Below are positions 26,432 through 33,454 of a stretch of DNA of 64,000 nucleotides, piece after piece; the stretch's first letter is position 1, and every line of letters begins with the position of its first letter. A program made the position numbers and the translations under genes. Source of the stretch: Bacillota bacterium (lineage in GTDB: Bacteria > Bacillota > Clostridia > DSM-8532); contig JAEWSN010000170.1 of the NCBI GenBank assembly GCA_023459915.1, forward strand, positions 5,508 to 69,507, in the 5' to 3' direction. Under the pieces are notes generated by a model. It was not told the origin of the DNA, searched no databases, and worked only from the letters and a program-made list of their open reading frames with translations.

Positions 26432-27538
26432 ATGGACGGGCGTTCTGACACGGAGCATCCAGAACAGAAGCAAGCGCAAGCGAAAAGAAACGGCCCCAAA
26501 GCCAGCCGGCCGGAGCTGCTGGAACTGTCGCTTTTCTGCCATCAGGTGTCCCTGGTTCTGAAATCCGGCATTCATCCCATCGAGGGCATTCCGCTGATTG
26601 CCTCGGAAGTGGCCAATCCGGCATTGAAGCAGGCGCTTGAGGATGCGGGAGAAGCCGTTGTCAAGGGCACACCGCTGCATCAGGCGCTGTCACAGACAGA
26701 TGTTTTTCCGCCTTATCTGGTTGCGATGACCCGTCTGGGAGAGTCCTCCGGGATGCTCGAACAGGTCATGGAACGCTTGAGCGCGTTCTACGAAAAGGAA
26801 GATCGCCTGCGCAAGCGCATCCGCAGCGCGCTGACGTATCCGCTGCTGCTTCTGGCGCTGATGCTGGGCGTCATCATCCTGCTCGTTTCACAGGTGCTGC
26901 CAATGTTTGCGGCCATTCTTTCCTCACTTGGCGGAGAATTGCCGGGGGCCACCCGCGCGATGCTGGGTGCCGGCACCTTCTTTGGGCAGTGGGGCTGGGT
27001 GCTGCTGCTGGCGCTGGTCGTGGTTGCCGCACTGATGTATTTCCGGACAAGAACGGAAAAGGGGCGGTTCGCCTGGGATGCGCGGAAACTGAAACTCCCG
27101 CTGGTTGGCAAGCTGTTTGTCAAGTCGGCGGCCGCCCGGTTCAGCGCGGGGCTTTCCGTTGTGCTGCAAAGCGGCATGGAATTGCAGGAAGGGCTCTCGC
27201 AGGTGGAAGCACTCGCAGACAACAGGAAGGTCCGGGCCATGATTGCCGAGGTGACCCGACAGGTCGGAGCCGGAGCGGATTTGGGAACGGCGCTCGGCAC
27301 GGTTGCCCTTTTCCCGCCGCTGTTCACGCGGATGATGCAGATTGGCCAGCGGACAGGCGAACTCGATCGCATGATGGAGAAAATCGCCTCCCTGTATGAA
27401 ACGGAAGTGGATCAATCCGCACAGCAACTGTCCAACACCATCGAACCGGTGCTGATTCTCATCCTGTCCGTTGTCATCGGTGTGGTGCTGCTGGCCGTCA
27501 TGCTGCCGCTGATCAACATCATGGGAACCATCGGCTGA
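26432..27538 (+). CDS. PilC/GspF-type type IV pilus platform protein
   Basis: Two T2SSF repeats are present (LVLKSGIHPIEGI...LGESSGMLEQVMERLSAFYE and VVLQSGMELQEGL...IGQRTGELDRMMEKIASLYE) with three TM regions. ATG at 26432 follows GGAGGG. The track ORF starts at 26417. Confidence 0.85.
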   Translation: MDGRSDTEHPEQKQAQAKRNGPKASRPELLELSLFCHQVSLVLKSGIHPIEGIPLIASEVANPALKQALEDAGEAVVKGTPLHQALSQTDVFPPYLVAMTRLGESSGMLEQVMERLSAFYEKEDRLRKRIRSALTYPLLLLALMLGVIILLVSQVLPMFAAILSSLGGELPGATRAMLGAGTFFGQWGWVLLLALVVVAALMYFRTRTEKGRFAWDARKLKLPLVGKLFVKSAAARFSAGLSVVLQSGMELQEGLSQVEALADNRKVRAMIAEVTRQVGAGADLGTALGTVALFPPLFTRMMQIGQRTGELDRMMEKIASLYETEVDQSAQQLSNTIEPVLILILSVVIGVVLLAVMLPLINIMGTIG

Positions 27539-27540
27539 CC

Positions 27541-27568
27541 CTGCATCCGCGAGGCAGCACGGATGCAG
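27541..27568 (+). other. intercistronic 9-bp stem-loop after the PilC-type platform gene
   Basis: CTGCATCCG-N10-CGGATGCAG begins 3 nt after the stop of the platform gene. No U-run follows. Confidence 0.6.
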
Positions 27569-27619
27569 TGACCTGATGACAAATCAAGTCTTGGATGGCC
27601 TGAAGGGAGGGGCGCCGGC

Positions 27620-27928
27620 ATGAAACGCGCAGACACAAATCTGTCAACCCAGCTTGTCTTGTTGGCAGTGGTGCTGGTGCTGCTGCTGGCGGCTGTTTTT
27701 GGCATGCGCAGCTTCTGGCGCGATGCCAACCCGGACAGGACGGAGGCGGTTGTGCAGGCCATCCGCAAGGCGTCTGTGCAATGCTACGCGCTCGAGGGTA
27801 GCTATCCGCCGGATGTCGCATATCTGGCGGAGCATTATGGGCTCGCGATCGACATGGAAAAATACGCGGTTCGATACGAGGTGTTCGCCTCAAACATCAT
27901 GCCGGAAATCGAGGTGCATGAGCGATGA
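27620..27928 (+). CDS. small N-terminally anchored protein (102 aa), unassigned
   Basis: GGGAGGGG RBS. MKRADTNLSTQLVLLAVVLVLLLAAVFG is a signal anchor with no G-x4-E motif. The stop overlaps the next start (ATGA). Confidence 0.55.
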   Translation: MKRADTNLSTQLVLLAVVLVLLLAAVFGMRSFWRDANPDRTEAVVQAIRKASVQCYALEGSYPPDVAYLAEHYGLAIDMEKYAVRYEVFASNIMPEIEVHER

Positions 27929-28446
27929 CGCGGTTGGGACGCCGAACGGCGGGAAAAACACAGACGGAAGTGCTGGCGGTGTTTTTGCTGCTCCTGTTGA
28001 TGGGGGTCAGCGTGTTCACCCTGGCTTCCTCCGGCGTTGCGGCTTATCAGCGTTCGGAGCGTGCGCGTTCGGTGCAGGGAGAGCTGCGTGTGGCCATGTC
28101 CTTCCTGCAGATGAAGGTGCGGCAGTCCGATCGCGCCGGCGGCATTTATCTGGCGCCGAATCCCGTCAATGGAACCACCGCGCTGGTGCTGGCCGAAGAC
28201 ATTGAAGGGGTATCGTATGAAACCTGGATTTATCATGACGAAGGCCATGTGAAGGAAGCGCTCATCCTGGCGGGAGAACCGTTCGACAACACGATGGCCT
28301 TTGATGTGGCACAGGTCGGCGAACTGACGCTGAACACCAACGCGCTGGGCACCGGACTGCTGATTCGCGCGGCGTCAGAGGATGAAAATGGACGGACATA
28401 CCAGGCGCAAACCAGCCTGGCGATTCGCAGCGGGGGTGTCCGATGA
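27925..28446 (+). CDS. pseudopilin-like protein (leader MTRLGRRTAG-KTQTEVLAVFLLLLLMG)
   Basis: Basic leader, Gly, Glu at +5 and a hydrophobic helix. ATGA overlaps on both sides. Confidence 0.6.
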   Translation: MTRLGRRTAGKTQTEVLAVFLLLLLMGVSVFTLASSGVAAYQRSERARSVQGELRVAMSFLQMKVRQSDRAGGIYLAPNPVNGTTALVLAEDIEGVSYETWIYHDEGHVKEALILAGEPFDNTMAFDVAQVGELTLNTNALGTGLLIRAASEDENGRTYQAQTSLAIRSGGVR

Positions 28447-29009
28447 GTTTTGGCGCCAAGACCCGCGCAAGGCTCGCGGGATTCTCCCTCATTGAAATGC
28501 TGATAGCCGTAACCGTGCTGGCCTTGCTCGGCACGGTTGTGATTCAGGTGTTCCTGACAGCGGATCGGATGAACCGGCAGGCGCTGGTGCTCGATCGCGC
28601 GGTTTCTCTGAGCGCGGATGTGGTGGAACGGCTCAAGGCGGGCATTCCCGAGCAGGATGTGGACAGGGGGTTCCTGACGCAGCTGTTCCCCGAATCGTTG
28701 ATTGATGCCACGGACACCGGCTGGCAGGTGGAAATGCTGCTCGATGACAGCCTGGTGTCCCTGCCGCCGCAGACCATTGTACGTGCCTCCCATCTCATGT
28801 TGCTGACCATTTCCGAGGATCCCCAGACGGACGGCTTGTCCAGCCTGGTTCATGTGGCCATACACGAGGCCGGTGATCCGCGGGCAATCCCGCGTGCGGG
28901 AGCGCCTTCCGGTCCATCGGAATCCGAAGAAACCTGGAAGGCCGAACCGCTGTTCGACTTGGATGCGGCCATTGCGGCTGGGTGTGACACCGGGGAGGTG
29001 ACGCCATGA
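28443..29009 (+). CDS. type IV prepilin-like protein with a canonical N-terminal methylation motif
   Basis: MSFGAKTRARLAG-FSLIEMLIAVTVLALLG fits the G/FxLxE class III signal. ATGA overlaps on both sides. Confidence 0.8.
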   Translation: MSFGAKTRARLAGFSLIEMLIAVTVLALLGTVVIQVFLTADRMNRQALVLDRAVSLSADVVERLKAGIPEQDVDRGFLTQLFPESLIDATDTGWQVEMLLDDSLVSLPPQTIVRASHLMLLTISEDPQTDGLSSLVHVAIHEAGDPRAIPRAGAPSGPSESEETWKAEPLFDLDAAIAAGCDTGEVTP

Positions 29010-29719
29010 CGCGGCAATCAACCGTCCCTTCCTGTCGTATGGCTCGCAGACCGCGTGGCGCGTCCTCCATCCTGGTTCTGATGGTGTTGTTGCTGCTGGT
29101 GTTTCTTGCCGTGCTGACATTTGTCACCACGGGGGCCAACCTGCGGTTGGCGAAGAAAAACGCGGAGACCATCCAATCCTGGTATCGGATGGACGCGGCA
29201 GGCGAACAGGCCGCCGCAAAAATCCTGCACGCGTTGCGCTACACGGATGAACAGGCGCAGGCCTGGCTGGATGGGAACGGGTTCCTTCAGCCCGGCCAGG
29301 AAGTGTTGCCGGAGAACATCCGGCAGCAGATCCGGGATCAGTGGATTCAGCTTGTGACGGATGACGAGCGTCAGGCTTTTCGGGAGGCCATCGCAGCGCC
29401 GGTTGGCACGATGTTTGCCGAACAGGCGGTTCGCCGCCTTTCCCTGCCCGGGGTGGAAGTCGTTCCGGCCGATCCGCAGATCCTTTTCCCTGCAGGCGCA
29501 CTGAATGTGCCGGCTGCCGCCGACACCGCGCTGTTCTTCCGCTTGCGGATGGAAGATCCGGAACAAATGTCAGCCGGTTCGCTGCAGGCGGTGTTGGTAT
29601 ACCTGCCCCCCGAAAGCCCCGGACAACAGAGCCATGTGCAGGTGCTGTCGTGGCGGCTGGTGCAGGAACCATTTGCGTATACAAACGGAATCACGTTGTG
29701 GGAAGGGATTGTCGAATGA
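29006..29719 (+). CDS. PilX_N/ComGG-like minor pilin-like protein
   Basis: RRPRGASSILVLMVLLLLVFLAVLTFVTTGANLRLAKKNAE has a hydrophobic N-terminus without Glu5. It is coupled to pilT by an ATGA overlap. Confidence 0.5.
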   Translation: MTRQSTVPSCRMARRPRGASSILVLMVLLLLVFLAVLTFVTTGANLRLAKKNAETIQSWYRMDAAGEQAAAKILHALRYTDEQAQAWLDGNGFLQPGQEVLPENIRQQIRDQWIQLVTDDERQAFREAIAAPVGTMFAEQAVRRLSLPGVEVVPADPQILFPAGALNVPAAADTALFFRLRMEDPEQMSAGSLQAVLVYLPPESPGQQSHVQVLSWRLVQEPFAYTNGITLWEGIVE

Positions 29720-30816
29720 ATTTGCCAGGTATCGAGGGAAGCAAGCAGCTTCCTGTCAGCGACATGCTGAAAAAGGCCAAGGACCTCCAGGCTTCCGACC
29801 TGCAATTGACCGTGGGAGTACCCCCCATCATCAAGGTCAATGGCGCGTGGATGACGCTCGGTCGGGAAATCCTCATGCCGGAGGACACGGAGCGGCTTGT
29901 CAGGGAACTGTTTCCCACGCAGGCGCAGTTGACGCGTTATCTGGAAGAGGGAGACTTTGATTTCTCCGTGTCCATTCCGCGCAGCGGCCGGTTCCGGGTC
30001 AACGCGTTCCTGCAGCGCGGCTCCATGGCCGCGGCGGTCCGGCTGGTTCACGCGGAGCTGCCGGATCCCATTGAACTGGGCATCCCGCAGGCAGTCATGG
30101 ACATGCACCAGTACAACAAGGGGCTGGTGCTGGTCACCGGACCCACGGGCAGCGGGAAATCCACCACCTTGTCCTGCCTCATCGATCGCATCAACAAAAC
30201 CAGAAACGGGCATATCCTGACCCTGGAAGAACCCATTGAATATCTGCACCGCCACAACCACTGCATTGTGAACCAGCGGGAAATTGGAGAGGATACCCGG
30301 GATTACGCGCGCGCGCTGCGATCCGCGCTGCGGGAATCACCGGATGTGATTCTGCTGGGCGAGATGCGCGACCTCGAAACCATGTCCATCGCCATGACGG
30401 CCGCGGAAACGGGCCATCTGGTTTTTTCCACACTCCATACGGTGGGAGCGTCCAAGACCATCGACCGCATCATTGATGTGTTTCCGCCGGGACAGCAGCA
30501 GCAGATTCGCATCCAGCTGTCCACGGTGCTTCAAGCCGTGGTGAGCCAGCAGCTGATCCCGTCGGCGGCCCGGGGCCGGGTGCCCGCGTTCGAGATCATG
30601 AAGATGAACAACGCCATGCGGAATCTCATCCGGGAAGCCAAAACGTATCAGATGGACACCGCCATTGCCACAGGCAAGACCACCGGCATGGTGTCCATGG
30701 ACGGGAGCCTTGCCGAATTGGTCGGGGATGGCCTCATCACACGGGAGGACGCGTTTGCGTACTGTGTGAACCCGGAAGTCCTGACCCGCCTGCTTGCCGG
30801 GCAGGAGAAACACTGA
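29716..30816 (+). CDS. pilT: PilT-type (retraction-type) type IV pilus ATPase
   Basis: Walker A GPTGSGKSTT, ILTLEEPIEY, Walker B VILLGEMRD, His box GHLVFSTLHT, and the PilT-signature-like AMRNLIREAK. About 366 aa with no GspE_N domain. Confidence 0.9.
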   Translation: MNLPGIEGSKQLPVSDMLKKAKDLQASDLQLTVGVPPIIKVNGAWMTLGREILMPEDTERLVRELFPTQAQLTRYLEEGDFDFSVSIPRSGRFRVNAFLQRGSMAAAVRLVHAELPDPIELGIPQAVMDMHQYNKGLVLVTGPTGSGKSTTLSCLIDRINKTRNGHILTLEEPIEYLHRHNHCIVNQREIGEDTRDYARALRSALRESPDVILLGEMRDLETMSIAMTAAETGHLVFSTLHTVGASKTIDRIIDVFPPGQQQQIRIQLSTVLQAVVSQQLIPSAARGRVPAFEIMKMNNAMRNLIREAKTYQMDTAIATGKTTGMVSMDGSLAELVGDGLITREDAFAYCVNPEVLTRLLAGQEKH

Positions 30817-31757
30817 TGCGGCATGTTTGGCAGGGTTGGCTTGTATCCAATGGTGGACTGCAAATCCCGAAATTTCTCGATCAGGTGGCGTGGCTGGAGG
30901 GAACCTTCAGGCAGCGACGCATGACATTGCGCCCGGTGCTCAACCACCAGTTGTCGGCGGCGGTTGTCGACAACCGGCCGGCGGTGGTGTTCGAGGGCGC
31001 GTGTCTGGATGCCCAGTCCCACGGATTGCCGGATTTTGTCCTGTTCTGGGACAAGGATGTCCGGCTGGCCCGGATGCTGGAACGGATGGGGCTGCGCCTG
31101 TTCAACACAGCGGAAACAATCGCCGTGTGTGATGACAAGAGCGCCACCCATCTGGCCTTGTCCGGCATGGGCATTCCGTTGCCGGATACGGTGGTGGCGC
31201 CCATGAATTTCCCCGGCCGCATACCAATACAGGACGATTTTGTCGTTCACGCGGAAGCCGTGCTGGGATACCCGATGGTTGTCAAGGAATCGTTTGGATC
31301 CTTTGGCGATCAGGTATATCTTGCCTCGAACCGGGAGGAGTTGCTCGCGCTGCATGCCCGCCTGGAAGCGACTCCCCATCTGGCACAGCGATACATCCGG
31401 ACAAGCAATGGACGGGATGTGCGGCTTCAGGTGGTGGGAGACCGTGTGGTGGCGGCCATGCTGCGGCAGTCGGCGACAGATTTCCGCGCCAACGTCTCTG
31501 CGGGGGGGCACATGTCCCCATTCAGTCCCCCGGCATCCTTTGTGGATCTTGCCGTCAGGGCGGCCCGGGCGGTTGGCGCCGATTTTGCCGGTGTGGACCT
31601 GCTGTTTGGCGCGGGGGAGCAGCCGATGGTCTGCGAAGTGAACTCGAACGCGCACATGCGCAACATCGAGCAATGCACCGGGGTGGATGTTCCTGCGGCC
31701 ATTGCGGATCACATCGCGCATTGCCTGGAAGCGGAACGCGCAGGCAACGTAAAATAG
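30816..31757 (+). CDS. RimK-family ATP-grasp ligase 1
   Basis: The start overlaps the pilT stop (TGATG). CDDKSATHLAL..., GYPMVVKESFGSFGDQVYL, DFRANVSAGG and CEVNSNAH are typical of RimK-like alpha-L-glutamate ligases. Confidence 0.8.
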   Translation: MRHVWQGWLVSNGGLQIPKFLDQVAWLEGTFRQRRMTLRPVLNHQLSAAVVDNRPAVVFEGACLDAQSHGLPDFVLFWDKDVRLARMLERMGLRLFNTAETIAVCDDKSATHLALSGMGIPLPDTVVAPMNFPGRIPIQDDFVVHAEAVLGYPMVVKESFGSFGDQVYLASNREELLALHARLEATPHLAQRYIRTSNGRDVRLQVVGDRVVAAMLRQSATDFRANVSAGGHMSPFSPPASFVDLAVRAARAVGADFAGVDLLFGAGEQPMVCEVNSNAHMRNIEQCTGVDVPAAIADHIAHCLEAERAGNVK

Positions 31758-31776
31758 CGCTTGGACCTGCCTTGAA

Positions 31777-31841
31777 CCAAGCATGGAAACCAGGCACGGA
31801 ACCCAGGCATGGAACCCAGGCATGGAACACAGGAACGGAAC
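31777..31841. repeat. 13-nt x5 tandem repeat between the two ATP-grasp genes
   Basis: CCAAGCATGGAAA / CCAGGCACGGAAC / CCAGGCATGGAAC / CCAGGCATGGAAC / ACAGGAACGGAAC. Each unit carries A(T/C)GGAA. The array ends 14 nt before the AGGGAGG RBS. Confidence 0.9.
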
Positions 31842-31867
31842 CCATTGCGTCTCTTAGGGAGGATTGT

Positions 31868-32758
31868 GTGACAACAGGAAAAACCGGCTGGCTGATATAC
31901 CGGCAAGCGGATTTGACAGTGAATCGGGTGTTTGCCAACAGACTGATCGCAGCGGCAGCGGCCCATGGGCTTCAGCTGCGGCTGGTGGTGCATGAGACCT
32001 TGCAGTTCGGTGTGGCCCCGGATGGGTTGTATGCGCGCGTTCCGGGTTTCCCCGAGACACCGGATTTCGCCATACAGCGTGCGGTGGATCCCTTTTTGGC
32101 CATGCATCTCGAAGCGATGGGCATTCGCGTGTTCAACCGGGCGGCCATCAGTGCCATGTGCAACGACAAGGCCTGGACCCATCAGGCGGTCAGCCGGCTT
32201 GCGGTGCCCATGCTCCCCACCGCGTTCACCGATACGCCCGGCATGCCGGCGCTGGCGCCCTCGCTGACATGGCCCGCAGTCATCAAGGCAGTGGGGGGGA
32301 GAAGCGGCAAGCAGGTGCACCTGGCGGCGGACAGGGAGGCGTATGAGCGGCTGTGCGGGGAATTGCCGGCCGGCCGGTACATCGTTCAGCCCCTCGGCGG
32401 CGTGCCCGGGGTTGATGTGCGGGTGTTTGTCATTGGCGGCCGCATTGTCGCGGCCATTCGCCGCGAGGCGGCCGCGACGGGGCAGGGTGGTTTCCGGGCG
32501 AATTTCTCCATGGGGGGTCAGGCCTCGGTCCATCTCCTGACCGAAATGCAGCGGGCGCTTGTGACACGGATTGCGGAAGCGTTTCCCTTCGACTACGTGG
32601 GCATCGATTTCCTGCTGGATGAACAACAGGCGTTCCTGTTCAATGAGATCGAGGACGCGGTGGGAAGCCGCACGCTGAGCATCTGCACGGATATCGACAT
32701 CGCGGATCTGTTCCTTGCGCACGTTCGCGCGTGTCTGGAGGCACGTCCCGGGGCGTGA
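31868..32758 (+). CDS. RimK-family ATP-grasp ligase 2
   Basis: GTG at 31868 follows AGGGAGG. CNDKAWTHQAV..., WPAVIKAVGGRSGKQVHL, GFRANFSMGG and FNEIEDA are present. It is a paralogue of the preceding gene. Confidence 0.8.
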   Translation: MTTGKTGWLIYRQADLTVNRVFANRLIAAAAAHGLQLRLVVHETLQFGVAPDGLYARVPGFPETPDFAIQRAVDPFLAMHLEAMGIRVFNRAAISAMCNDKAWTHQAVSRLAVPMLPTAFTDTPGMPALAPSLTWPAVIKAVGGRSGKQVHLAADREAYERLCGELPAGRYIVQPLGGVPGVDVRVFVIGGRIVAAIRREAAATGQGGFRANFSMGGQASVHLLTEMQRALVTRIAEAFPFDYVGIDFLLDEQQAFLFNEIEDAVGSRTLSICTDIDIADLFLAHVRACLEARPGA

Positions 32759-32790
32759 AAAAGGCTGCCTCCGGTGGAGACAGCCTTCTT
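32758..32790. terminator. bidirectional terminator (ATP-grasp 2 / hup convergent)
   Basis: AAA-AAGGCTGCCTCC-GGT-GGAGACAGCCTT-CTTGTT. The 12-bp stem has one G-U pair. Confidence 0.6.
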
Positions 32791-32818
32791 GTTGGAACCA
32801 TTGGGTCATGAACAGGTT

Positions 32819-33121
32819 TTACTTCTTCTTGGAAGCTTTCTTCTCCTTGACATTGACCTTTTCCTTCAGGTCCTTGCCGGCACGGAAAGCGGGCGCTTTG
32901 GAAGCGGGAATCTTGATTTTGGCTTTGGTCTGCGGGTTGACGCCTGTACGGGCGGCACGTGCCTTCACTTCAAATGTGCCGAACCCAACCAGCGTGACCT
33001 TTTCTCCCTTCGCCAGGGATTCCTCGACGCTCTCAACGAAACTGTTCAGGGCTGCTTCCGCGTCTTTCTTGCTCAGTTCGGTTTTCTGTGCGATACTCTG
33101 GACCAAATCGGCCTTATTCAT
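32819..33121 (-). CDS. hup: HU-type DNA-binding protein with a Lys-rich C-terminal tail
   Basis: MNKADLVQSIAQKTELSKKDAEAALNSFVESVEESLAKGEKVTLVGFGTFEVKARAARTGVNPQTKAKIKIPASKAPAFRAGKDLKE, plus the tail KVNVKEKKASKKK. The rest of the 206-aa track ORF is upstream read-through. Confidence 0.95.
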   Translation of the reverse strand: MNKADLVQSIAQKTELSKKDAEAALNSFVESVEESLAKGEKVTLVGFGTFEVKARAARTGVNPQTKAKIKIPASKAPAFRAGKDLKEKVNVKEKKASKKK

Positions 33122-33167
33122 GGCTGTTTCCCCTTTCAAATGGTTTTGTGGGAACGATTTCAGGACT

Positions 33168-33180
33168 ATTCTACCACAAA
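33168..33180 (-). promoter_or_regulatory. candidate extended -10 promoter of hup
   Basis: The minus strand reads TTTTGTGGTAGAAT. This is the same TGTGGTAGAAT as at the aroF promoter. It lies about 47 nt upstream of the hup ATG. Confidence 0.45.
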
Positions 33181-33323
33181 ACGGATGGATTACCATATCA
33201 AAAATCGCTTTTTTGGGGGTTTTTTTGTGAAAACAGGCTGATTTTGCGGAGAAAGGGCCAACGCCCGGACAGCACATCATGGGAATCCTGTTTACAAAAC
33301 ACTTTTTTGCACAAGTCACCAAG

Positions 33324-33360
33324 GGGGTCAGACCCCACAAGCTGATTGGGGTCTGACCCC
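33324..33360. repeat. REPIN-like palindrome pair: GGGGTCAGACCCC, 11 nt, GGGGTCTGACCCC
   Basis: The copies are at 33324-33336 and 33348-33360, with the spacer ACAAGCTGATT. The pair lies in the hup/glpK divergent intergenic region, 31 nt upstream of the glpK -35 candidate. Confidence 0.9.
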
Positions 33361-33390
33361 TTGCGCCACGCAGCGGCACCACCAAGCCAC

Positions 33391-33419
33391 TTGGCGATTC
33401 AAGAGTGGCGTAATACAAT
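33391..33419 (+). promoter_or_regulatory. candidate glpK promoter
   Basis: TTGGCG (33391-33396), 17-nt spacer, then TACAAT (33414-33419). Confidence 0.45.
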
Positions 33420-33454
33420 GGAGAAAAGATTCCGCGCACGCCCAGGAGGTTTTC

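Noticed and set aside
31777-31841. Possible CRISPR array (and the other short tandem arrays at 14687, 49397, 51810 and 61253)
   Set aside because: The units are contiguous, with no unique spacers. They are only 12-25 nt long, there are 3-7 copies, and no cas genes are present. These are tandem repeats, not CRISPR.
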